A stretch of DNA of 64,000 bases from Trichoplax adhaerens (Eukaryota; Animalia; Placozoa). Made by a program: the position numbers and the translations under genes. Below are positions 47,502 through 59,479 of this stretch, in pieces. Numbering within the stretch: position 1 is the first letter of the stretch; every line of letters starts with the position of its first letter. The notes under the pieces are model-generated. The model was given only the letters and a program-made list of their open reading frames with translations, was not told where the DNA came from and did not search any database. The stretch spans positions 558,001-622,000 of the forward strand of contig NW_002060967.1 in assembly GCF_000150275.1 (NCBI RefSeq), in the 5' to 3' direction.

Positions 47502-48356
47502 ATGAAATTTACGGCATTATCATTGGTTTTCTTCATCTTCAGCATAGTACCTTTTACTATACAGGCGGTAAGTAATTTAATCGATTGATATCCGCATAAA
47601 CTGCTTTTTTATTCTGTTTCAAAAAGGTTGTTATAATCGCTTATTAATTTTTTGGGGAAAATTTTTTATTTTAACAATTAGACTACCAATGCGAAATCTT
47701 GCCTACAGGCTAAAGATATAAATGGAGTTAGCGAAAATGGTTTCTATATCCTATACGATAACCAATATCGACCGTTTATCACATTTTGTGATTTCAATTC
47801 TGATAAAGGATTTATTTGGACACTTATTGAGTCATTTTCCTTGAATAACAGCATGAAAGCCAAATATCGCAAGGGATTTTTTCAGGATTTTCCAACTGTT
47901 AGTAGTTTTATTGACTTGCAGGAATTTCGATTAGAGAACTCAGTTATGAAATCGATTGCTGGTGCGCCAGGATCGACCCATTTTCGCACAACATGTAATT
48001 TTAACACGAATGACCGCAAAGGAATACAGAATCATCTAGACTATTTGCGTGTATCATTTTGTAATTTTCCCAATTTCTTTAAAAATGTTAACAAAAATAC
48101 ATGTACTAAGGTGGATTATATTAATGTCCAAGGACAATCCTGCAGAGATTGTAGTATTCCAATACATGATGGCGGTAATGAACATCATATGTTAGCTAAC
48201 ATCGACAGATCCCCGGACGATTGTGATCGTTTGAAATTTGGAGGTGCAAAAGGATATGCTTTTGGTGATTACAGGCTTTTAGATTCAAAATTTTCATGTT
48301 CAATGGCATCTAATTCGACTACCAATTGGTGGATTGGAGGTGCAGATATGTCGTAA
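47502..48356 (+). CDS. Small secreted Cys-rich protein with intelectin/fibrinogen-related-like N-terminal motif, 246 aa; 2 exons
   Basis: Exon 1 47502-47567 encodes signal peptide MKFTALSLVFFIFSIVPFTIQA. Exon 2 47682-48356 encodes TTNAKSCLQAK..ENGFYILY..TFCDFNSDKGFIWTLIESFS..THFRTTCNF..DYLR..KFSCSMASNSTTNWWIGG. Confidence 0.88.
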
Positions 48357-49607
48357 ACGTTATCTAGCCCACAGTTAGAATGGAATTGCAGCTGGAAGAT
48401 TGAGATTCACAATTTAAATCGCCATATGAGGAGCTCTTCCCTGACCTCATAAATATAACATGTGCTAATTTGAAGTACTTAATTAGATTGAATGAAGTCT
48501 TTAATATTTTTGATGGTTGATGTTTTATTTTATATATCTGCTGCTAGTTAAATTATAATCAAGAAATAATTATGATATCGAAAATAATGCCCAGAAATTA
48601 CTTTTATTATTGGGTAATTATTAAGAAACTGCTAGAACAAATACCGTGGCTAAGTGTTGTTACGCATTGTGATTGCAAACATTTCATTAGAGTTGATGTG
48701 TTCGATTAAAGCTTTAAGTAGAGCGATTTGGCCATGATTTGAAGGTGGCTGACCAAAGGTTCTTTAAATTTTACCGCAAAAAATTATGAATGTTACAGGT
48801 CCACATAGAAAAGTTGCGCGGTTTTTTGGTAAAGATTCTATAGATTCTGAAATTGATTTGATTTTTACTAATAAACGTATCATTCAAAAGTAATAAAATG
48901 TTAACAATTGAACTACGACATGTGTGAATAATTATTGTGATACAAATTTTCACGAAGGATATGCGGATGCAGCATCATTTAGCATTTAGATTGTAAATTA
49001 TTAGCTACGTTTAGTATGATGTAAGGTGCGAGTATCTTGCTCTAATTATTATCAGGCATATTTAGTAATACCTATTATTTACTCGTATTACGCTATATTC
49101 GTTAGATTGTGCATTAATGTGATGTATTACTATATACAGTATTTAACTATAGCATATATTGTATAGAATTACTCTTCCTTAAAAAATCTTAAAAGTACAG
49201 TATTATACGCGTAGATATTAGATTGCATGCTGTAGCTGATATAGTTTATAGTAATATATAGTATTGTTGCACAACTACAACTTAATCTATATACATAAAA
49301 GTAGAAGCGGTTTTTTGTAATAATATTACGACCAAACCTAGAATGGTACTTTAAAAATTTTGAGTGATAACGCTAGGCTAAGCAAATTATGCATATATAG
49401 ATGCTGTATAAACATTTGTATTTGCAGTAATAGATTTAAACGTTTTGTGGGAAAAACTAGGCTATGCTGGGTTTCGTAGCTAATACTAGCGTATAGAAAC
49501 TATTCTTCCGTAAGAAATCTGAAATGTACCGTAGATATTACATACATGCTGCCTTTAATGCAGCTTATGATAAAATATTGTTTTAAAGCATATTTGAAAT
49601 ATGTACT

Positions 49608-50156
49608 TGTTAAGGTGTTGCATTGTCATTAGGATAGTTTAATAAGTACAGTAGTAGCTAGTATGAAGAATATCCATATTTGTAGTGCTAGGTAAGAGAA
49701 GTAATGCCTTAACGTGGATATTTGTGATAGTTCATTACACATTTGATATTGATTGTTATTGTGTGATAGATAGCAGTAAGATGATTCAAGTTCTAGTTGG
49801 TGATAGTTGAATTAAACAACCTACGAGCTTAGATTAAGATTAAGTATGAGTAAGAGATTCAAATATTTACTGATAGAAAAGCTGTGTAAGGAACATCTCA
49901 GTTCGAGATGTTTCTCCTGGTAAGGTATAATAGTAATACTGTTGTTGTTTATAAATTAGACGGTTCTTATATAAACGGCAACATTTGAGTTGAGTGGTTT
50001 GGTAAAAAGTTGTAGATGTATCTTTGCTAATAAAAGTTTCATCTTTGCAGTATTTTGCTAAATATGTTTAATGTTAAGTAAAAGGGCGTTTTAAGTCGGT
50101 AGCTACTTATAGACTTTTACTGTACGTTACCTTGTCGCAGAAGTGAAATTGTGACA
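49608..50156 (+). mobile_element. Solo LTR, family B (549 bp)
   Basis: TGTTA...TGACA termini, 5-bp TSD GTACT (49603-49607 / 50157-50161), TATATAAA at ~49968 and AATAAA at ~50029 in U3-R-U5 order. No similarity to family A. Confidence 0.7.
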
Positions 50157-50929
50157 GTACTGTATTAATTAATCCTGCTTAAGAAATCTTAAATATACTG
50201 TAGCTATTATATTATATGCTTTCACTTATACTGCTCATAGTAACATATCTCATTAACGTATAATCTTACAAATATGGCGTAATATATAACAGCCCATAAC
50301 AATATACTGTAATTAAAGATTCTATGTTAGAATCTAGTTGACTATATACTATAGCTAAATGCCATAACTACTAATTTTTATAGTAAAATACAATATTAAT
50401 GCCCACAATCTAACAAAAATAGCGTAATATACGGTATGTCACTTGAAAGTTGTAATCATAGAGGTTTTCTCTATGGTCATATAGTGATGCCTCCTGCATT
50501 TGATTGTATGGATAGCTATATTTGATATGTTTTCTCATAATAGATGTTATCGTGATGCTAATATTAGATGAATACTTACAACTAGCTGCATGTACGATGC
50601 TGATGTTGATGCTTTATTCTGTACTACACTTGTACTTTCGAATTGTCAGTAGATGCAGTTGTATAGGATGAATAGTGTTTAAGTATAAGTCTGTTTGTAG
50701 CTGCAGCTATAAAATAAGATCGAATATTCCTATGCTAATTGTAGCCGTAAACGTTACAAAAAAAAGCATAATGCATAAAGCTAACACTCCAATCACTCTT
50801 ACGCAAGACACTTTATATACCCCCTGGGGTAGGTTATTGCGTAAAGGCAGGAATGATTATTCTTGTTCTGCAGTTTCTCAAGTAGGCTAGAGCTTGCCTT
50901 CAAAAATTTGTTACTCCTGTACTAATTAT

Positions 50930-51300
50930 TGCGAAACTACTCGTACATTAGCCCATTGCTCTATTATAACAAATAAAGCTACGACAGGGCATTAAAAGTA
51001 TTTATTTGTAGTTACAATTCTACTATTTTCTAACGAAGTTGGTACTCCGGTCGGGGTCTCACACATTAATCAAAATACCGCACTTACAATTTTCTCGCAC
51101 TTTTTTACTTCGTCATCATCATTACTTTGCAAACTTATAACCTAGTCATTGAGTTCGCAAGAATTTATATCTGACCTCGATCTATGGCGTTGGAATCATA
51201 TATCGAAGCTATACGTATAGTACAATATGTAAACTCTGTATAGTATTACAGTATTCATTTATATTTCACAATCATAATAATACCGCCGTGTTGCCGTACA
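50930..51300 (-). mobile_element. Possible solo LTR (371 bp)
   Basis: TG...CA ends with flanking ATTAT direct repeat; TATAAA and AATAAA on the minus strand in the expected order. The TSD is AT-rich and could be chance. Confidence 0.35.
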
Positions 51301-51856
51301 ATTATCTTTCATGCACAGCTTACTGTATGACGATATTTAATATTAATTTTACCTTTACTACTGTATGAGTTTAACCTAATACAGAGCAACGATTTGCTGA
51401 CATGGTAACAACGAAATAAAGTTGTAAGATAAAGTCAACTCTTAGCTTTAACAAAGGATTTATAGTCAACTATGATAATTGCATGCTAAATTGCAATGCT
51501 GTTTCTGTACCGATATTATTCATATTACTATACCTTTATCTAACAGATAACTTTCTGGCCAATGTATACAATTTTAATTTAACTTGCTATTATAGCTCAA
51601 TTTAGCAGTTTTAATAATTAAATCACCCTGCTAATTTTAATCATGAATAATCTCTAATATGCACTGAAAACACTTCCATTACTTAAGAAATTAATAAATC
51701 ATGTTATGAGTTATGGACATATATACTAATCGCGGATACGAATGTTGGAAGTATACTGACAGGCAACTTTAGGGAACTTAGTAGTTCTTTCTAAGCTCTT
51801 TCTAGTTACTGTATTCGGTTATGAGTACACCGACTAAATTTATTGTATTTATACTC

Positions 51857-52271
51857 TGTAAGACAGTATAATATTGTATTCTAAGTTGATGATATATTTA
51901 GTAATGTCTACTGTAGGTGTTGTGTTCAACATATGATAGATATTCTCGTTAGAGACTTAATTATTAAATATAGCTAGCTTAGTAGCTGTATTCCTTTTGA
52001 AGAGGAGCGCTACAGTGCTTACACTAGAGCTTCACACGAAAGGTGTAAACTAGCCTGTATTTGAGATCCTAATACTGAAGTGTGTAGTAAGTAAGGTGTT
52101 AAGACTGTAAGCGCAGAAAAGTATATAAGGGAGTAGTTTAGTAAAGTAAGATAGTACTTTCTCGTTAGAGGTCCTCAGCTAATCGATTACATTGTACCTT
52201 CGTAAACGAGGTTTTGTTCAATAAATCTTATTTTCTAAAGTTTTGAAGATTCTTGATCTATCAACCTCACA
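51857..52271 (+). mobile_element. Solo LTR, family A, copy 3 (415 bp)
   Basis: Colinear with copy 1 end to end; 5-bp TSD TACTC (51852-51856 / 52272-52276). Confidence 0.9.
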
Positions 52272-53654
52272 TACTCGTATTCTACACTTAGTAGACGGTA
52301 AACTGCTATTGCTGTTACTTTGATAAAAAGTTCGAGTAAGTTTAATTTACGTTAATTTGTTAAGATTCTTTAATAATGCTAGATGATATTAACCGATTTT
52401 ACTAATTTGAAGGTAGAATGAATTCTCATTGAGGACTGCTGTAGTTTTTATAGAGTTTTCGACAATTCTCTCTCTATAATTATACGTCTTTGCGTCGCTA
52501 CACAATTATTTGACTTAATGGTACTTAGCTTAGAAAGTATATTTTACATATATTGCTTGGCTAGAGCTCGAATTCTAATCGAACTGTAAAACTTAATCAT
52601 GTGGCAGTTAGGTGTATAGAATAACTCTACATGTGTACAAATATCTGAATTCTAGCATCAGTTCTTTTGCATAGAGGTAATGAATGTAAATTTATTGCAT
52701 AGAAGTAAATGGAAGTAAATCTAAAATTAATTAGACAGTTAATTATTTCGATTTATTCGACTGGCAGAATTAAAGAAATATCGAATAAGATAAGTATTAC
52801 CCGTATTATAGAATGCAGGTTATGAAGTTTGCAGAATCAATGCTGATCAGCACAAAATCATTCAACTATTAAAATGAAGTAGAAATTTAGCCTAATTTTA
52901 TTTATTTTGCATATATTATCCATAGCATTCTTGACCATAGAATTTTTGAAATTAGTAAGATTCCACAGAATATTCTCTATCTATTCATAGGATAATCATC
53001 ATATGTCTTTAAAATATTGTTTTATGTGCCAGAGATAAATCAAAGTCGAGAATCTAAAGTTCGAGTACGCAATCATAACATGTTTTTGATGCTAAAAGTA
53101 TACGCAACGATATGGTCAATTTATGAATAAGATCGATATCTACACGATAAGAATCGATTGTGATATCAATAGTCAAGCTTAATATAGATTCTCTGCGTAA
53201 AATATATCGCATGCATAATTTTGTAGAATACATAAGAGATTAAATTGTGGTAATAGAATTAATTGACATATCGATAATTACTGTAGCTGTTAGTAGCAAA
53301 TGCTATGAACTTGCAAATAAATTGTAAAATCAAATAAAATGTATATTTAGAGATCCATGAATTAAAAATAACATCACTAATATAAATATAATCTTTAAAC
53401 TATAGTCAAAAGGTTAAATAGACTTTCTGAAGTTATATATTAAAAACACTGCGTTGTTATATTAATATGAAAGAGGTGAAAATAGTTTGACAAATAAGTC
53501 AAGTACAAATTTGTCATAGTAAGGTAAAAATATCAGATTACGACCGCAATTTACTTTATTCATTTTAGAACAGTTTCGATTGAGTTAAACCTCTTGCTAT
53601 AGCTTTGTATAAGATTATACTGAAATAATAGGTCAACCACTATAACGAAGAGAA

Positions 53655-54532
53655 ATGATGTATAGATTATTCTCATTGCTGTTAATATGCTGTATGATGC
53701 CTATCTCTATACAAATGGTAAGACTATTAATAGATTGAAATCACTTCCGTTCATTTATTTACTGTTCATCGCATGCTGTAAATTAATATCGGACGTACGA
53801 GTATACATCTTTATGATTCCAATTAAATAATGTTGCAATTATTGTATTTAGACAATTAAGCCTAAATCTTGTCTACAAGCTAAAGAATTAAAAGGCGCTA
53901 GCAATAATGGTTTCTATGTGATATACGATAGTCTCAATAGACCATTTACTACATTTTGTGATTTTAATTCTGATGTTGGATTTGTTTGGACACTTATTGA
54001 ATCGTTATCGTTAGCTAATGCTAAGAAGTCCAAATATCGTAAAAGTTTCTATTACGATGTTTCAACAAGCGGTTGTTCTATTAACTGGTCAGAATTTCGA
54101 TTATGTAAATCAGTTATGAAATCGATTGCAGATGCACGAGGATCGACACATTTTCGGGCAACATGTAATTTCAATATAGAAGATATTAAAGGAATTAATA
54201 ATCATCGAGACTATCTACGAGTATCATTTTGTAATTATCCGAATTTCTTTAAAAATGTTGCTGCTCATTTTTGTACAAAAATGGACTATGTTAATATTCG
54301 AGGTCATACATGTCGACAGTGTAGTATACCGTTATATGATGGTGGAAGCAGCTACCACATTTTACTTCAAGTCGATCACGCGAAAAATATCTGTGATAAA
54401 TGGGTAGTTCCAAATACAGTCGTACACGATTTCGCTTTCGGGGATTACAGGTATATGAATTCTAAATTTACATGCGCAAATTCATCTACTTCTACTACAA
54501 ATTGGTGGATAGGCGGTGCGTATATCTCGTAA
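53655..54532 (+). CDS. Small secreted Cys-rich intelectin/FReD-like protein, paralog of 47502-48356, 247 aa; 2 exons
   Basis: Exon 1 53655-53717 (MMYRLFSLLLICCMMPISIQM). Exon 2 53852-54532 (TIKPKSCLQAK..NNGFYVIYD..TFCDFNSDVGFVWTLIESLS..STTNWWIGGAYIS*). Same phase-0 intron position as the paralog. Confidence 0.88.
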
Positions 54533-56419
54533 TATGAATTTTCTTAGTCCTTCAAGGAAACGTTAAGATTTAGACATAAATATACATTGAAACTGTATTT
54601 GAATTTACCATGGAAGAAGTTCTTACTGTAATAAATAGCTATGCAAAGTTTGATTAAAGACGCATTAGAAGTGATTGATGGCTGTGCTAAAGAATGCTTA
54701 ATTAATCAATGTATTTGACATAATTCTTACGTGCGCCATATTAGAACTAGACTCGTTGATGTCGTATTTATGGAAATTTTTTAGAGGTAATTAATGGTTT
54801 ATAAGCTGTCCTTACTGATTATTAAATATAAGTATTCCCTTTTATAATGATATGCATCAGTAACTAGAATGTTTTATGAAAATGACTATTTATCGTATTT
54901 AAACCTATATATTTTTTGTTCGCTGTTAGAAAGTACTTCAATATAGTTTAAGTTGTTATATGGAGAACTCTTTCGTAATGATCTCATTATAAGAGTACTT
55001 AACAATTTGAGATACTTGATTAAATTGAATGAAAGATTTGATATCTTTGATAATAAATATTTAATTCGGTTTGTCTGCCTCTGCTTGCCTTATAATCACT
55101 GAAGAAATATGATATCGAAATTAATGTCGGAATACTTTTGGAGAGAGGTAATGATTAAGAATCTGCAAGGATGTTAATAAATGTCGCTACAATTTTTAAA
55201 TAGAAACATTTCATTAGAGTTTTGTGTCTAATTATAATTTCAATTTTAATTTTGATTGTCAGAATTTAATGCTTTGTTATTAGGTACTAATAGAATTCAG
55301 CTTACTATTGCATCGTATACTTCATACTATTAAAAGCCCTCCACTACAGAAACTACATTACAAGTGTAAATGTGAATATTTTAAAGCTTATTAGAATCGT
55401 ATCTGTTATACAATAGGATGAATTTGAGTACCTTTATTTCGCCTAATTCAGCCAGTGTCGGATAATTCTGTCATATTTGGTTAGCCGTAGATATTCAGAT
55501 ATTTCGTATTTTAACCGTAATAAACTACAAAACTTTGATTAATGTCTAGCGTTAGGTACTTACATTGATCGTAGAGATTAATTTACTCACTAATTGCAGC
55601 AAAATTTGTTTACTAATGCAGTATACCTAAGTCTTGGCTTGCAGATTGCTAGACATGTTTAGCTTAGTGTTCTAGCAAGCAGAAAATCTCAGCGTTTAAA
55701 GATACTCGGCTAGAGTATCGATGGCAATAAGCATTGTGCTACCGAGTTACTATCAAGGGTATTGGTAAATATGGATGGTTAACTCTCATATTTGGTCATG
55801 GCATTGTCAACCACAGTATCATATAAGATACTATTAAATATATTATAGAATGCATATTACAGAGTTTGTATAGTCAAATTTTACTGAACAATACAAATCG
55901 TTAAATTATTAAAATGAGATGATGTTGCTATAAGTTGATTTAGTAGCATGGTAATGTACTAGATATACTCTTACAATTGTATGACATATAATATTAGTTC
56001 ATATTGTAAGCTCTAGTCAGACTGTCTTTTTGCACTACGTCGCACTAGTATTCAATATGTGAGGATGTATATCGTGTAGTACGTTACATCATTAATATTA
56101 CAGGATTGATATATAAAGGGTGAACCTCTATAAGAACAGGAGATTTTTAGCTCAGACGAGTAGGACTGCGGAAGTAGTGAGGACAGAGTTGGAATTGTTC
56201 GTGAGAAATAGAAGAACGGTAAATAAAGGTAATAATATAGATTAGAATGCATTTACTGTCTAAACTGATTGCAAGAAGAATAGCTAGAGTACTGACGCTA
56301 ATTTCCTGAAAATCGACCGTCAGATGTTTTGACCTAATCTTATTTTTCGCATGTATTGTCGATATTATTTATGACCCTAAAATTTTTTGGAATGAGTAAA
56401 ATTGCAAAATTACATCGTA

Positions 56420-56760
56420 TCCAATAGAATATTTGCTATGTGCTTAAGAAACAGCCATTAAATGTCTTAAAAAATAATGATGCTATATGGAGATTGTATT
56501 TGATCTGTGTGCTTTGTAATAGACCAAAGCCGAGAATTTAAAGTTCGAGTAAGCAATCATAATATATTTTGATGCTGAAAGTATGCAATATGATAAAGTT
56601 AATTTATGGATAGGATAATATCTACATGAAAAAATTTATACTAACGTATATCAAGAGTCAAGCTAATTATAGATTATCAAGGTTAAATATATTGTAAGAG
56701 TAAATTTAAAGAAGGCATAAAGGATAAAATGCGAGGTAATAAAAATTGATTGATAAATGG
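56420..56760 (+). repeat. Diverged copy of the upstream region (~52960-53280) of the 53655 gene, with no gene following
   Basis: caaag.cgagaat.taaagttcgagta.gcaatcataa.at.tttt.gatgct.aaagtat...aatttatg.ata.gat...agtcaagct occurs at ~53040 and ~56525. Confidence 0.75.
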
Positions 56761-57189
56761 ATACATTAGTGTCACGAAGCAGCCTTCGTAATCGGGCCAA
56801 AATTTTACTATCGACTCTAAGTTGATTTCCGTTTAACTCTCAGAAATCTGCAGTAGAGGAAACTAACTTACTTGCATTCCAGGATTTACTGTTCGGAAGA
56901 GATAAATGATGCGTTTACAGTTAAGGCTTTTATTGAAGCAGATAATGAATCGGAATAGTGTATTCTACTACAGAATAATTGTAACTCTATCTAAAAGAAT
57001 GATATCCAGCCCTTTACATAGTTCTTTAACTTTGCGCTGCGCCCACAGGTGCAAATTACAATCTGAAGGGAGACGTGAAGAAAAAGTGATCAGAATCTTT
57101 CGTCTCAAAATAGAAGAAAATATTCTTAGCGCCCTTTATACCGAAACTAATAGAAATTGTGAAGTGGAAGTTTGAAGAAATGGCGATAA

Positions 57190-57480
57190 TGTTAGTTATG
57201 CTACATTTAATCGCTAATTTAAATCTCCTTCAGAGTGAAGTACAGTACTACATTTGATATCGTAGAGAAAGCAAATGTATCCTCAACCATAAATATTATG
57301 AGGTAAGCGTAGAATGTCGAATTAAGATCAACTGACCGGTTGATAATTTAGCCGATAAATGTGAATATTCCTAATTCAAAAGAACTAATACTAAATTCTG
57401 TGATGTGAAATGTTTCTAGGCGACATGCTAGCTACTTAATAAAGAACACATTAGTCTTAAATTTCTTCCTCTCACTAACA
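57190..57480 (+). mobile_element. Possible short solo LTR (291 bp) with 4-bp TSD
   Basis: Perfect 7-bp inverted termini TGTTAGT...ACTAACA, flanking ATAA on both sides, AATAAA ~40 nt before the 3' end. Confidence 0.45.
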
Positions 57481-59479
57481 ATAATGCTAAGAGCTGTAAA
57501 TAACGCGAATATAATTACCGTATTCACTTTCATCAATCTCGGTTTGTTTTCAATTTCATTCCCTTCATTAAAAATGCAAATTATCTTAGAATACCCTCGC
57601 TCTCAAGATACGATTTACAGTTCTATTTTTACCTATACACTTATTAGTAACTCAACACCTTACTGTATATAGTCATCTGTGCTCTAGCATAGAGTCTATA
57701 CCATTACAGTCTATAGTTATAGCTACCAAATATCTCTTAGGATAAATATCTACCGTACATTATACTAAACATGGCTAACAGTCTACAGTACAATCACAAT
57801 ACTAGTTACATTACAGTAGTATTCTAAGAGGTGTGTAAAAGCTTGTAGATAAAATCTATTTAAACGATTGGATAAATTAATAAAAGTTAGTTCTTAGTTC
57901 CTAAGGTTAGAAGTATAACGTAAATCGAAGGCGCACGAATTATTGCGAGATCGTAGATTCGATCACAACGTTATCTTGTCATATGGGAGTTTGTGACAAT
58001 ACCCTATCTAGAGTTTATATTTCGTTTGGATAGGATCGAACCTATCTACATATAGCAATTTCAGTTATTTTACAGTAGCAATATGTTTTGAAAGTGTAAT
58101 TCTAATATAAAGAAAATACTGTCATATAAATACAGTCGTTTAAGCTTCCTTATAGTACAGTTATTCAAATCAAATTGTAGAAAACTCCTTTTATTAGAAG
58201 TATTTACTGGAAGATTCTAGGAAAGAAAATCCGTGACACCTTAACTGCGTCTATTAAAGTGGCTTTAGAAATTGTAACCATAATGAGATAGCTAAAAACG
58301 CGGATGATTATAAGGATATGCATATAATGTACCGTAATGCTAGGAAGTACTTCTAAAGCTTGTACAAATAAATTCATGCATATAGCCAGCTGTGCCGATC
58401 TTGCATATCAATTTAAATTAAGAGAATAAACACCAGTACCACTGTTTGAAGCACCTTAATGATAAATAGGCAAAGATACCAATTCATTCAAAATATTTTG
58501 TATCTATAATTAGAGTTGTAGCTATAACCATTATAATCGTACTCTTTGCCTGTCGAAATAAAGTTGAGCTCCATCAAGATTAATATATCAGATCAAGGTA
58601 TTGCTGTTGATAATGGTGTTTATAAACTAGATGACAACATCAATTTCATTATAGGCAATAAGCAACAAATGCATTTCAGATAACAACGATTTACTTTTTA
58701 TGTGGGAGCAATGTTAAATTAACTTTATTTAAGTGCCAACGATATCAGTATATGGATTGCTTGATTATTACTAACTAGCTCAAAATGAAACGACATCTGA
58801 TGCATTCAGATTTTAGATATAAGGTGGGAAAGCTAAGTATTACAGGAAATAATACAAATACATAATTATTCGCGACGGTTAAAATCTTTTCTATCTTTAG
58901 AAACTCCCTTGACAACAATACCGATTGCCTTAAAGGATCAAAGACCGGAAATACCGGCTACGACATTATTTTTAAATCTTGATACTATTTCTTCCAGCGT
59001 TAGTAGTACAGTCCAATGTACGCATTGAGTACTCCGTTCAAGTCGTTACTTACTGTTGTCGATTTCCAATCGCTATGTTTTACTAGGCATAACCGAGAAG
59101 GTTGCTAGGAAATAACTTTCCGTTAAAGCATAAATTAAAATACTTTCAGGTAGCAATACTTACAGATAACATAAGGATTGATATAGTTAATAAAGGCCAC
59201 ATACTTAACAACGTGGGTAAATTGTCTTATTAATATGATAACAAATGACGCTCTTATTGACGTTTCTTAACATATATTAGGATAGAATTTAGCATTTGTT
59301 ATCGGTATTTGTGTAAGATAAAATTATTGCTGGGTACAGTCGGTCAGATTTGATAATTCATATATACTCGTAAACTTATGGTCTTCAAAGTAATGATAAC
59401 GGTTCCAGTACGTTAGCTGAAGAGATTAATCTTAAACCATGTTTAAAGAATAATACTGATATCAGTATTGCGGCACTTA

